Shown here piece after piece: positions 1 to 13,529 of a stretch of DNA of 64,000 nucleotides. The stretch's first letter is position 1, and the number at the start of each line of letters is the position of its first letter. Where the stretch lies: the NCBI GenBank assembly GCA_964016885.1, contig OZ024745.1:68014001-68078000 (forward strand). The letters are read 5' to 3'. The notes under the pieces were generated by a model, which had not been told where the DNA came from, made no database searches, and was given only the letters and a program-made list of their open reading frames with translations. The stretch comes from Eledone cirrhosa. Taxonomy: Eukaryota. Both the position numbers and the translations under genes were made by a program.

Positions 1-495
1 ACAAAGCAAGCAACAGCAGTGGCAACAGCAGCAGCAGTAGTGACAACAGCAGTATCAGTGGCAACAGCAGCAGCAGTGACAAACCAGCAGCAGTGGCAAC
101 AGCAGCAATAGTGGCAACAGCAGCAGCAGTGACAAAGCAACAGTAGCGGCAACAGCAACAGCAACAGCAATGGCAACAGCAGCAGTAGTGGCAACAGCAG
201 CAGCAGCAGCAGCAGTAGTGACAAAGCAGCAGTAGTAGCAACAGCAGCAGCAGAGGCAACATCAGCAGCGGCAGTAGTGACAAAGCAGCAGCAGTGGCAA
301 CAGCAGCAGAATCTGTATAAGCTGCAGCCACATCATTAGCAGCAGCAACAGTAGCACGTGATAGTGGCAGCTATAACAGCAGTAGCAACAGCAACAGTAA
401 CACGCAGAGGCAGCAGCAGCAGCTATAGCATCAGTAGCATCAGTAACAGCAGTAGGAGCAGTAACAGCAGCAGCAACATCGGCAGCAGAGCCAGT
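1..495. repeat. Degenerate (CAG/CAA/TAG)n trinucleotide tract
   Basis: Continuous gcagca/gcaaca/gtagca runs. Confidence 0.9.
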
Positions 496-497
496 AA

Positions 498-575
498 CAT
501 GACGTAGCATGACGTGGCATGACGTAGCATGACGTAGCATGACGTAGCATGACGTAGCATGACGTAGCATGACGT
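498..575. repeat. 10-bp tandem repeat (CATGACGTAG), about 8 copies
   Basis: Read directly; one internal copy has a substitution (gacgtggcat). Confidence 0.95.
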
Positions 576-837
576 CTTTGGTAGTGGTAAAGGCTTTGAA
601 ACAACACGAGGTTGATGTGAAACGTTTGCTGGAATACAAATGATGCCCAGAGAACATGAGATTGGGAGATACTCTTGAGGAGGTACGTAAGAATGCTGGA
701 GTTTAACTGCTGCAGCATAATAAATAACAAGAGAAAATGCACATGCCTGCCCTGAAACATGAAGGGAAGAAGTACTTGAGGTTTCTAACCCCATGACCCT
801 CCCAGAATAAGTGGGCGAAGAAGAAGACGAATATACA

Positions 838-903
<66 letters not shown>

Positions 904-904
<1 letters not shown>

Positions 905-1087
905 AACGGAGGAGTTGTGGTAAGGAATCAGATGGGCCATAACGCACCAGAGTACTCAATACTTAGGGTAGTAGAGTGGGCAATAAGAGAAAGTATGACG
1001 GCTATTTCTGGACTAAAGACACTTTAGTCCAGAAATAGCTCAAGCCGTCGAAACGGGTTGAGTTCTGCCGTCGGGGTCATACTTTCT

Positions 1088-1090
<3 letters not shown>
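904..1090 (-). mobile_element. (TA)n-associated fold-back element, family C (3' half of HHR plus conserved terminus)
   Basis: Homologous to 27.4-27.6 kb, 28.2 kb, 55.4 kb and 63.2 kb; internal IR 1001-1018/1022-1039; flanked by (TATC)n and (TA)n. Confidence 0.8.
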
Positions 1091-1168
<78 letters not shown>

Positions 1169-1170
<2 letters not shown>

Positions 1171-1258
1171 TCGCTATTGTCTGTGCAAGGATAAACCACA
1201 AACAATGGAACATGTCCTAATTTCATGTAAAATAGCCCCAGCCAATGACAGATACACG
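1169..1258 (+). pseudogene. Fragment of the CCHC zinc finger from a restriction-like-endonuclease non-LTR retrotransposon (HERO/R2 superfamily-like)
   Basis: Translates HRYCLCKDKPQTMEHVLISCKIAPANDRYT, resembling the CxxC...TxEHVLxxC...RYT motif that precedes RLE domains. Confidence 0.6.
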
Positions 1259-1289
1259 CATACACACACACACACACACACACATATGC

Positions 1290-1345
<56 letters not shown>

Positions 1346-1409
1346 GCACATAAATCAGTTATAAACATTTGTATTTGTCGGACTTCCAACAAATTAAATA
1401 CCCCGTCTA

Positions 1410-1456
<47 letters not shown>

Positions 1457-2379
1457 CATGTGGATAAACAGTAAACAAAACCCCATGCTACAACAATGAA
1501 ATATAAGAAGAATTCAAAACAAATGTATTGTTATATATATATATCACAACATATATCATTTTGAATCCTTTATGTTGCCTTTGGAACCATAAATTTCCTT
1601 GGTCCATCAACATTATAATGTTATTTCTCGATCTTATCTTCAGGATAAAATTATTTCGTTTAATCTAGTTATTGGTGTTTTATTGCTGTTTTATTGCAGT
1701 CAAGAGAAATGGAATACCAATATGTGTTTTAATGGTTAGCATCGGACTTTAATTCTATGATTGTTGATGTCAAATTTCGTTCACCAATCTGGAAACAGGT
1801 CAGCCCCCTTGTGTATTTGTTTTTGCTAGGGATTAGCTATTTGTGAATAGAAATTTACATTACATTTTCCCCTAAATTCAGGTTCCATTATCATTTCAAG
1901 CCTTTTCTTTGTGATCTATATAAGATAGTTTTTTTTATCTATCAGCTGATATTTTCTATTTGGTTTCCTTTGTTTTATGTGATATATTGTATTGTAATGC
2001 GCATTTGTGGTAGATGCGTTGTCAGGCGACAAGAAAGTGTGTTAGCTATTTGTTCAATATAACAGTTAATGTCATAAAGTGAACCAACACGTTGCCCAAT
2101 CCTGAGGTAAACTTACTGAATTTACTTGACTTCATCTCATAGGGAATTGTTTCCAACGAACTGAAAAGCAAATCAATGTCACATTCTGACTTTTTACATT
2201 GCAATCCACGTAGCTAACCACTACAGGACATGATTCACAGCCAGGTCCACGTCAAGTATAAAGTATGACATATACGAGTTTACTCAACTCATCAAACATA
2301 CAGTAAGTTAAACATACTATAGTAATATATTTCTCACATTAATTCCCTACCTTAAATTAGTTATCTATGTATTTTATAC

Positions 2380-2990
2380 ATTGATTGACTTATTGGTCTG
2401 TTCATCTAACCGTGAAAGCGCGTAGATTAACACAACAGGAAATTAAACTTTTGGAGAATGGATTAAAACGTACTCTCAGTCTGAAAGTCGGACAGAGAGA
2501 ATTTTGTCGAAAACTACGATTAAGAGAATTTTTCTGGAATATATGATAGAATATGAGGATGAATTATTACTCAAAACAAAAAGAGATTCAAACCTCCTCT
2601 AAATAGAAACAGAAATTTGGTAGAATACATAACTTGCCTACAACAATCTCCTGTACCTAAAGCCAGTTACACGCACTGAACAATTTACAGTAAAACTTCT
2701 CAATAATTATCAAAGAACCTGACAAAGGCAGAGCAATCGTAATTGTGGCAAAAAATCATTACTTTAGAAAAATTTGATGACGAACATTTCAATAAGAAAC
2801 CAAATAAAGGTGAAGAGAAAAAAACAATGATCTAAATAGGTAAACCTATTTCAAAATACTAAAGTATGGATTACCTAAAGTATGGATTACCTAAAACTTA
2901 TAAATCGGGACGAATTAAAAAACAACGTAAAAGGAAACCCGACAACGTATGTTGAAATACCAAAACCTATAAATTTAAATCATTGCCAGC
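2380..2990 (+). pseudogene. Decayed Penelope-like element RT N-terminal region
   Basis: Frame-disrupted motifs EFCRKLRLREFF and SIIIKEPDKGRAIVIVAKNHY (PLE-type DKG motif). Confidence 0.65.
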
Positions 2991-3644
2991 CCGGTATCAA
3001 GCGACACCGCCGGAGGGAAACAACAGTTGTGATGGCAATCGACACAAAAAGAAACCGGTCAGTCAAAGTCCAGTTACGAGGTTTCGTAATGTGCTAAAAC
3101 GGCTCTGCGATTTCTATGATAACTGACAAATACGATCAACGTGCCTGCAGCAAATGTCGCACGAATCTTGTTATTTCAATTACCAAATCTCTCGAAATCT
3201 TTCAACTGGCTTTTGACGTATATTCTTTACGTCAAACACTTTATATTTTGAGTGCCATATGTGTTTCAAGACCGATCGAGTGTCAGGTCAAGGTGATGAA
3301 CCTTTAGTGCGACCAGTCACTAGTAAAACATCAGAAATTTTAACGAACGTTCCTTCAGCACTTTCACACGATCGGAATCAGTCATAAAGCCTGCCAGAGT
3401 ATTCTCATAAAAACGTCAACAGGCGTTGCGTTGCTGCGAAGTTTCTTCCTCAACTCTAGACGCTCAATTAAAAGTAGTAGCCTCTTGTAGTGTGCCTTGA
3501 GCATAGGGAGAAGGTTAACGATGACAAAACTTCAAGACGCAAAATGAAATTCAACCGGAATAGCAGGCGGTATTGAACGGTGGTACATTGAGACATTGAG
3601 GTGTGGAACAGGCGCTGGGATCGTTGGGTACTTTTCTAAGAAGG

Positions 3645-3709
<65 letters not shown>

Positions 3710-3711
<2 letters not shown>

Positions 3712-3858
3712 AAAGGTAAACAGAAATAACAACACAATCAGTACAGTATATGGAAGGGATATATTAGGTTAATGCTTGATATTACAGGAAGAGGGTCTTA
3801 ACGTTTCGGATGTTAGTCCTTCACCAGAATAAAGAATGAGAAATAAGATAGATTGAGG
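3710..3858 (-). mobile_element. (TA)n-terminated repeat with degenerate HHR (family H), homologous to 36840-36984
   Basis: Reverse complement reads CTGGTGA-AGGActaacaTCC-GAAACGTTA; flanks align with the 36.9 kb copy up to the TA tract. Confidence 0.7.
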
Positions 3859-4275
3859 GGACGGGCGGGTTGAAAAAATGTCTTTAGATAAAAATAACAG
3901 GTCCATCCATGTTGACATCTCTTGCAAAACTGTTGGTATATATATATATATATATATTACGGCCCATACATTCTGAGTTCAAATATTGATATTCGTCTTT
4001 CCTTTTCCAGAGATCGATAAATGAAGCAGCAGTCAAGTACGGGGGTCGATCTAATCAACTTTATCATTATATTTTCATTCAAAATTTACGTATCAATATA
4101 TATAATCAGTATCATTTCACATCGCTTGTTAGAGAATCATTTTTAGATGTGAAACTAAACAAAAATATTTTCTTATAAAAGCCTTTTACTACAGAGATAG
4201 ATAGATAGATAGAGAGAGAGATACATACATATATATGTAAATATACGTATATATATATCTGTGTGTGTTTATATA

Positions 4276-4334
<59 letters not shown>

Positions 4335-4342
<8 letters not shown>

Positions 4343-4949
4343 GGATGTATATATAATGTATTTTGCAATACACTTTATGCTTAATTAAAAGCATTTTGAA
4401 GACCGTAAGCTATTGTTTTAAAGTAGTGACAAATTCACTTACTTTGATCTCAGCAAAGCGAAACAAGACTTGTCGACTTATCTCCCCTGTTTGCTGAGAT
4501 CAAAGTAAGTGAATTTGTCACTACTTTAAAACAATAGCTTACGGTCTTCAAAATGCTTTTAATTAAGCATAAAGTGTATTGCAAAATACATTATATATAC
4601 ATCCATATATATATTGCTATTTCAGAGCTCCAATTCTAAATTTTAATTTCTGCCTGACCAACAACCGCTTTGCATAATCAGCTCCTGATTATTTACTAGA
4701 TTTCTATAAGAATATAACATCAATGATCTCGGTAGACAGGAGGGGTAGTTGGCCTTGATAAGCTTCAACCAAAGCGAAACAAGACTTGTCGGCTTATCTC
4801 CCCTGTTTGCTGAGATCAAAGTAAGTGAATTTGTCACTACTTTAAAACAATAGCTTACGGTCTTCAAAATGCTTTTAATTAAGCATAAAGTGTATTGCAA
4901 AATACATTATATATACATCCATATATATATTGGTATTTCAGAGCTCCAA

Positions 4950-4955
<6 letters not shown>
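4335..4955 (+). mobile_element. Retrozyme-like element, family B: about 1.6 copies of a 316-nt monomer plus a 5' inverted arm, within (TA)n
   Basis: Direct repeat 4455-4639/4771-4955 (offset 316); inverted arms about 4335-4457/4489-4611; HHR at 4751. Confidence 0.8.
4751..4794 (+). ncRNA. Minimal type I hammerhead ribozyme, U3-A8 core variant
   Basis: GGCC-UUGAUAA-GCUUcaaccaAAGC-GAAA-CAAGaCUUGUC-GGCU: stems I, II and III pair; GUC cleavage triplet. Confidence 0.8.
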
Positions 4956-4996
<41 letters not shown>

Positions 4997-5426
4997 CATA
5001 CGTAAATGCATATATATGTATAGTGGCTTGAGTAGTTTTTTGTAGTGCGTGTGGTTCAGGGCAAGGTAAAAAGAGTAAGAGTAAGGAGCTGGGAGGGAGA
5101 AGTTAGAATAAAATAAAATAAAATAAACGAGACAAAACTTGTCTAAGAACGGAATATAGTATTTATGTTTTGTGTTTTATTGTTCGTTTAGGTGAAGGTA
5201 GAAGTGTAGGAAGATGAGTGTATGAGAGGTAATGTTAGAATTAAAATTAGGGTTAGGGTTAGAGTTAGGATTAGGATTAGTATTACTAAAGTTACCGTGA
5301 ACGGTCACGTGGCTACCTTCTACGAACCTTGTTGCTGGGTTAGTATGGGTCATTCGATAGGTAGCGTTTTCAGATTATATACATATATATATACATTTAT
5401 ACATACACACACAAACATATATATAT

Positions 5427-5469
<43 letters not shown>

Positions 5470-5847
5470 TGAATGTGTGTGTATGTGTTTGTGTATGTGT
5501 GTGTATGTGTGTGTATGTGTGTGAATGTGTGTGTGTTTGAATGGTTGTGTTCTAAAAAGATTTTTAATTTAGTAAATTTCTTCAATATACATTGCTCTAG
5601 GACTTGATGAATAGATTGGACTTAAAATCGTCAGTTTAAACAAACACAAACCAACTATTTCAAACCAAGAACATATAAGATGGATGACACATGATGGAAA
5701 AGATAAAGATATTGTTTTAGATTTCTCATTATTTTTTCTTATCTGGCAATCATAAACATTTGCTGTTTTACTCTGTAATTATATCACAATATCATATGCT
5801 ATATCATTGATACACATCAGATATATAACTGGTGCAACTGAAAGAGG

Positions 5848-6300
<453 letters not shown>

Positions 6301-6561
6301 ATAGATACATGATGTTTAACTGCTATTTTCCAGTGCTTTGCCTTTATTCAATATATGCAAATATATTCATTAATATAGTCAAATTTAATTTATAAATCTT
6401 AGAATCGAAATGGAAATATCTTTACAACTATATCACTGAATCGTGAAAATGGCTGCCAGTAAAGTCAGGCAGGGAATTCTGCTGTAAAATTGTCTATGAC
6501 GGTACATCGCTTGCACTCTTCAAGATATAGTGATTGATATACGTAATATATATATATATAT

Positions 6562-6672
6562 GAAAAGAGTCAGGACCCCGACGGCTGAGCTCCGGCCGTT
6601 TCGACAGCTAGATTTGAGTATCGAGTACTCTGGTGCGTTATGGTCCACCTGGTTCCTTACCACACTGCCTTC

Positions 6673-6675
<3 letters not shown>
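6562..6675. mobile_element. Family C fragment with internal inversion, between TA tracts
   Basis: Inverted HHR 3' half joined to the conserved terminus ...ggttccttaccacactgccttcgt. Confidence 0.75.
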
Positions 6676-6733
<58 letters not shown>

Positions 6734-7249
6734 TGGATCAACCAAGCGCTCTTGCCATAATAACACTTTTTGAACTGCTTAGCCTCAAGAACTATGCCTG
6801 TAAATAATATTATTCTTTCTTTCCCATTACCTTATCACGTTGCGCGTCACCCCCTTTTTTTCTTTTTTCTTTTTACTTCAAAAACCTTGTTTGTAAATAA
6901 TATTATTCTTTCTTTCCCATTTCCTTAACATGTTCAACATCACATTATCTTCTCTCCAGCATTTTATACCAATACAAATTCCCCCCTTTGATAATGCATA
7001 AAATGCTGAAACCGGTAATAGACAATTATTAAATAAATAAATAAATAAATAAATGCCATTGTTAATTAATAAATAAATTAACCAATACCTTAACACTTCA
7101 CACAAAGTAAAATATTTTCTTTTAAACAATTTCTAACCCAGAAAAAAGAGAAAAAAATAAAAGGAAAAAATAATATTTTTCTTCCTAATAATCATCTTTT
7201 TCTCCCTATTTAAAAAAAAAAAAAAAAAAAAAAATATATATGAGTCGCA

Positions 7250-7362
7250 ACTCATTTCTACAGCTTAGTGAACTGGAGCAACGTGAAATAAAGTGTCCTG
7301 GATTCGAACTCACAACTTTATGATTGGGAGCTCAACACTCTAGCCACTAAACCACGCGCCTT
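7250..7362 (-). mobile_element. tRNA-derived SINE fragment (family S2)
   Basis: Reverse complement has an A box (tggtttagtgg), a B box (gagttcgaatcc) and gacactttatttcacgttgctccag shared with the 29.1 and 60.2 kb copies. Confidence 0.7.
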
Positions 7363-7825
7363 TCAACTTTAGAAAAGAAGATGCATTTAAACTATCACAT
7401 TCTCTTCCCTCGGGCGAAATCTTTGTAGCACCAAATGCTACAAGAGATCTTTGTGTAAATGTTGATAAAAACCAAAGCTGGAGTAGCCATATAATATGAA
7501 CAAAGTTGACATGATCTGCAAGATGTGTTCCGGGATCCTTAGAACTTTCCGGTCTATAGATATTCAAATCATTACCCTTCTCCTTTCAACCTTTTTCCAA
7601 GTTCGACTTCAATACTATTGCTTGCTTTGATCTTCTAACACGAAACAAAGTATTGTGAAAATTGAAATACCACAGATATCAATAAAAAAAAAAACAGGAA
7701 AAAAAAACATAGATAACACGACAGGCCATTTATTACTAGGATCGACTGATAAAGCTTAAAATCTTGTTTACACTTCTCGCTACATGCGGAAGGCTTCTAA
7801 ATAGAGAGCAATTACCAGCCATAGA

Positions 7826-7898
7826 CAGTTTGGCGTAATGTTTAAACGCAATCACTCGGCATGCGCGAGTACTTGGTTCGATTCCCATCTACTGCCTC
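7826..7898 (+). mobile_element. tRNA-like SINE head or tRNA pseudogene
   Basis: A-box-like tggcgtaatg and B box ggttcgattccc at tRNA spacing; stems imperfect. Confidence 0.5.
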
Positions 7899-8574
7899 AG
7901 TCCACTTTACTCGGTTTAATCCTTTTTATTAAAGTTATCTTCATTGCGGCGACTACATTTTCAAATTTCTTAAAGCTACACACACACATTCACACACGTA
8001 TATAGATTTCGTTTAATGTGAAAACAAGAGGAAAAATGTTCAATACCAAATATATATATTTATTATATTACTCTGTAGCAACTCTAAGAGTCGCAGGTTC
8101 CCGTTTTCAGTTGTGGGATCTGTGAGAATCTTCGAAACTCAGAGTAGCAACAGAGACAACTATTATTGCATAATTTCTTTTCTTTATAATTTCTCTATAG
8201 TCTATCGCTTTGGATTTTATAACACACCCTCAACTTACAGAAGACTAACACATACAGCGTACTAAACACACACTCACACAAACAAATACAGATAATTAAG
8301 AAAGACAATAGCAACAACAAATAAATCTTTTCTTTTCACAAATCATTGTACCGGAGGCAATGCTCTTATATTTTGACAACATGTAATTATATAATCATAG
8401 ATTTTTCGCTAACTAGCAACACATACTTCTAAATAATTCCCCAGACAATTTCTTTTTCTACAGCCATCAATCAATAACAGACGCTTGGTGACATCATCCC
8501 ATATCTACAAATCTGTGTGTATTAAAAAAAAAGATTGGTTAGGTCATATTTATCTTAGTAGCTAACTGTTGTGA

Positions 8575-8770
8575 AGGCGTATGACTTAATAATTAGGGTT
8601 TTTCACATTCGTAAGGTCGTGCGTTCGATTCCTGACAGCAAAAAAAATGAGTTGTACCTATAATTCAAAGGACTGGTCTTGTAAAACACTATGTAAGGTT
8701 AATTTATGCGTGAAATGCTTTCCGCTGATCTAACATCTAGAATACTGGTCGTTAGAAACCGACGGAGGTT
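8575..8770 (+). mobile_element. Degenerate, internally deleted SINE family S2
   Basis: gtaaggtcgtgcgttcgattcc head and aaaatgagttgtacct body shared with 29.1 and 60.2 kb. Confidence 0.6.
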
Positions 8771-8825
8771 CATACTAAATTTACTGGACAAAAAAGCCAT
8801 ATTATTCAAACAATTTTACCTATGT

Positions 8826-8886
<61 letters not shown>

Positions 8887-9048
8887 TCTATATATATATA
8901 TATGTATATATGTATATATATATAAGCAAAGGGATATTTAATTTGTTGGTAATTCAACAAAAATATATATTTATAACTGATTCCTCTGCCAATACTGGAA
9001 TTGTATAATCAAGACCTTAGCGGTATGTCATATATATCAAATCATATA

Positions 9049-9115
9049 TTTTATCTGATGAGGACGCACTGAAAAAAAACAACACAGTGCCTTTGAAATA
9101 ATATATATAATAAAG
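9049..9115 (+). ncRNA. Hammerhead ribozyme motif (related to family G, cf. 55831)
   Basis: uuuuau-CUGAUGA-GGACGCACUG...CAGUGCCUUU-GAAA-(UA-rich stem III)-AUA-auaaag; downstream sequence resembles 55.9 kb and ends in (TA)n. Confidence 0.6.
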
Positions 9116-9255
9116 CATATATTTTGATTATGTGAATATCTTTCATTTGTTAATATTTTGAATAATATTAAAAACTCCAGGAAAAATTTTTCTGTTAAGT
9201 GCTTTTAATCTATAGTAAAATTGTATTCATTGAGTAATATATTAATCTTTGGTTA

Positions 9256-9303
<48 letters not shown>

Positions 9304-9554
9304 TAAAAAAAAAGAAAAATCAGTGATGCATCTGGACTCAGTTTATTGCTTGTTACAATTGTTTCGCCGTCAGGTAGCTCGAGACATGATCACTGTATGG
9401 ATCTGGGTGATTCTACGGCTGCAGGTCCCTTCGGACACATGCAATTCTTACGGAGCAAATTTTCTCACTGGGGTGTTATGGTAAAAAAACACCTTCAAAA
9501 AACATCTTCCACTCTTGTCATGCCATTGGCTGTTGTTTTTCTACGTCATCATAA

Positions 9555-9641
<87 letters not shown>

Positions 9642-9706
9642 GTAGAGAGAGAGAGAGAAAGAGACATTGGGATTTACCAGTTAGACTAGTACCACGTAGT
9701 TGGGAA

Positions 9707-9902
9707 ATGAACTTTTGAAACCAGTCGTTACTATATTTTTAATTAAAAACACTGCTTACGATTTTCAAATCATTTTGAAAGCAATCAAGAATTTGGAAAG
9801 ATTTCGAAAAATTTATTATTAAGCTGATGTTTGGAACATTACACAATAAAGATTCTTACAAAAAATTATGATGGAAGGTTTACATTTAAATATACACTTT
9901 AA
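9707..9902. repeat. Unclassified interspersed repeat; inverted homolog at about 21995-22170
   Basis: Shared tgtttggaacat and aattatgatggaaggttt segments in opposite orientation. Confidence 0.55.
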
Positions 9903-10274
9903 AATATACAGTTTAGTATTAATATTAGTATTATAGAACCAGGGAGGCTTTAGGTGAACTATGCGTGCACCGCAATAAATCAGACATCTACATGAAATCC
10001 TTTCACTGTTCATTCCTCACATCGTTAAATCAATTTATCTTTATCTGAAACACCCTTTGCTTTGATTCATCTCCTGCTCTCATCTTCCTTTTTTGAAAAA
10101 TAAGTTAGAGAACAAACCAGATAGTGATTATTTTATTATAACTACTCCAGTTGTTGGAAAAATAGATTGGAAAATTAATTTAAAAAATCCCCCCAAAACT
10201 ATTGGTTCGATATTAGAAAAATCATGAATGATTTTTATTGTAAAATTGATTTGGCTTTGAAGAGTAGCCCGTCA

Positions 10275-10590
10275 AATTATTGTTATTGTTGTTATTACTA
10301 TTATTATTATCATTGTTATTATTATCATTATTATCACTATCTTTCTTCTTCTTCTTCTTCTTCTTCTTCTTCTTCTTCTTCTTCTTCTTCTTCTTCTTCT
10401 TCTTCTTCTTCTTCTTCTTCTTCTTCTTCTTCTTCTTCTTCTTCTTCTTCTTCTTCTTCTTCTTCTTCTTCTTCTTCTTCTTCTTCTTCTTCTTCCAATC
10501 ATCATCATCGTCATAATCATCATCATCATTATCATCACCATCATCATCATCATCATCATCATCGCCGTCATCGTTGTTGTTGTTATTGTT
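10275..10590. repeat. Compound (TTA/TTG)n-(TTC)n-(ATC)n microsatellite
   Basis: Read directly. Confidence 0.95.
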
Positions 10591-11407
10591 GCTTTTAGAT
10601 GCAAGTTATGTTCTACTGAATCAATCCCAAGACTTATTGACTCATATTTTATCGAACACTAAAAAATAATAGTTTGTTGTTTAGCAGCAGGTCAACCCTG
10701 ATCGATTAGGCTGACCTATAATTAAAGGCTTTTCAGTTATGACCATTCCATCGTTCTTTCAGACAAAATGTATCCAAAACTATATTATACAATGCATCCT
10801 TCATTTTTGTAACACGGCAGAGCATCGGTTCCTAACATGGACTCCACAGACCTCTGACGGCCTGAAAAGGTAGTAATGGTAGACTGTATGCTTGGTGACG
10901 TTTCAAAAGTCTGGAGTCATTTAAATGAACAGCGTCGTTGTTAATGATAAAGTTGTTGTAGGATGTAGTTTGAGAGAAATTCGGTTGCAATGTCTAGCAT
11001 GTTGACCAGCCACGTAGAGGTTCTCTTGTTGGTACGAACACTGAAGGATATAAAAAAGCCATAGCGACTTTTATAGGATACAATGAACGTAAAAGATTGT
11101 GTGAATGAACTAATTTGAACTCATTACGGTAAAATGTCGTCTCCATACGCTTATTACACTTTATCACATAAATGATTGATGTATCATAATCATAAAGTAA
11201 CAGCCTCAGTATGATCGATTGGCGGAATTGTTAAATCACCTGACAGGAAGCTTTGCGGTATATTCCATATATCGCCTGACTCTGTGCGTTCTGAATTCAA
11301 ATTCCACCTTCTGTCAACCAAGAGAAACATTCCTTATCTGTTTTTTCATAAGCAATGACCTATTTGTGGCTATGTATTGAATATACAGTTACTTCGTTCA
11401 TTTCAAT

Positions 11408-13003
11408 ATAATTGATTCTACTTTAGGCACAAGGCCAGCAATTTGAAGGGGAGAGGAAAGTCGATTAAATCGACCTCAGTGCTTTACTGGTACTTTATTT
11501 TATCGACCCTCCCGTAACGATGAAGGCAAAGCTAACCTCGACGGAGTTTGAGCAAAGCATTTCAATATAATAATATGTGGTGAGTTAATAGAAACGTTAG
11601 AGCTTCGGAGTAAGTGATTCTAAGATTTTTAGTTTCCTTCCTATATTCAAACTGGTAAAGTCGTTAGGACGTTGGATAGAAAGGTTTTTCGGTATTGATT
11701 CCAGCTCTGTGTGTTCCGAGTTCAAATCCCATCGAGTTAATGTTTAGAAATAGGTCCGAAACAAAGCCGCGTGTGAACTTGCCTGTCTTAGCCTCTCCCT
11801 TAACGTCTGGTAGGCTCTAGAAAAATATGTGCCAATCACACTATGGTTCTGTTTCAATCAAGTAGTTACATTCTTCACACATTTAAGACTTTGCAATAAT
11901 ATAATTGTTTCTACTTTTGACACAAGGCCAGCAATTACCTAGTACATTACTGGTACTTTATTTTATCGACCCCATAAGGATGAAAGCAAAGTTAACCTCG
12001 ACGCGATTTGAACTCAGACCGTAAAGGGACGTAACTATGCTAGAAAGCATGGCGTCCAACACTCTACTGATACTGCCAAAGTGAAGGTGGCGCGTCATTT
12101 CCTTGAGCAAGGCACTTTATTTCACATTGCTATAGTCTATTCAGCTGGAAAAATATGTTGCACCTATAATTAAATTGGATAGCCTTGTCACATAGAGTAT
12201 CATGCTGAATCTTCTTGAGTACTATGTTAAGGATGCATATGTCTGTGGAATGCCCAACCATTTGCACGCTAATTTCAAAATCAAGTCACTCCATTGATCG
12301 AACTACTGGAATACTCATTATAGGAACTGAGGAACGTGTAACGATAGTAACCTAATATTTGATTAAACGACACCAACAGCAGCTGCGGCAACAACAACAA
12401 TAATTATTTCTACTTTTGGCACAAGGCCAACAATTATCCCAGTGCATTACTGGCACTTTATTTTATCGACCCCGTAAGGATGAAAGGCAAAGTTAACCTC
12501 GGTGAGATTTTAACTCAGACCGTAAAGGGACGTAACTATGCTAGAAAGCATGGCGACCAGCCCTCTACCGATACTGCCAATTCAATTTTTTTTTATATAG
12601 GCACAAGGCCAGAAATATTGTGGAAGGGGAAAGTCGATTAAATCGACCCCAGTGCGTGACTGGTACTTTATTTTATCGACCCCGTAAGGATGAAAGGCAA
12701 AGTTAACCTCGGCGGGATTTGAATCCAGATCATAAAGGGCCGTAACTCTATGCTGCAAAGCATGGTGTCCGACGCTCTACCGATACTTCCAATCCACCGC
12801 CCTAACAACAACAATAATAATTGTTTCTCCCTTTTGGCACAAGGCCAGCAATTACCCAGTACATTACTGGTACTTTATTTTATCGACCCCCGTAACGATG
12901 AAAGGCAAAGTTACCCTCGGCGGGATTTGAACTCAGACCGTAAAGGGACGTAACTATGCTGGAAAGCATGGCGTCCGACTCTCTACCGATACTGTCAATC
13001 CAC
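11408..13003 (-). mobile_element. Cluster of five co-oriented tRNA-derived SINEs (family S1) at about 11408-11552, 11900-12080, 12400-12582, 12598-12800 and 12815-13003, with an S2 remnant at about 12090-12340
   Basis: Reverse complement: A box tggcagtatcgg, B box gagttcaaatcc, body gcctttcatccttacggggtcgataaaataaagtaccag. Confidence 0.85.
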
Positions 13004-13078
13004 AATAATAATAACAACCTAAACAACAACAATAGCAGCAGCAACAACATCAGCAACAACAACAAAAAAAAACAGCAA

Positions 13079-13110
<32 letters not shown>

Positions 13111-13215
13111 TCATCCACATCAACAACAACAACAAAAACATCATCATCATCATCATCATCATCAACATCAACAACAGCAACAACAGCAACAACTGCAACA
13201 ACAAAAACAATGATA
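13003..13215. repeat. (AAC/ATC)n microsatellite
   Basis: Read directly. Confidence 0.9.
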
Positions 13216-13529
13216 ACATTTTCGGTTGACGCAACAGAAATGAGAAACCTCCAGAATTTTCCATTTTATTTTCAAATGATTGAGTTAAGGAAATGTTTTA
13301 GAAAAAGATGTGAGGTTAGTTAAAGTTATCATTCTCTTCCTCCGTAAAGTTAATGAAAAAATTGTATTTCTGTTTGTTTATTTTCTCAAATCCATAATGA
13401 AATTATCGGATTAATAGTCAGATTACAGATTACACTGTGAAATGCTCAGTGACCTGCACGCTAATTTCACGGACAGGCTGTTCTCTTCTTAAAGCTGTTA
13501 CCTTCGTCGTCGATACTAACGGAGGTCCA

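Noticed and set aside
5247-5280. TTAGGG-like interstitial telomeric repeats
   Set aside because: Only two exact units followed by degenerate ones
8070-8156. HHR-like fold with GAAAC...GUA and a long hairpin
   Set aside because: The CUGAnGA half of the core is missing; at most a decayed copy
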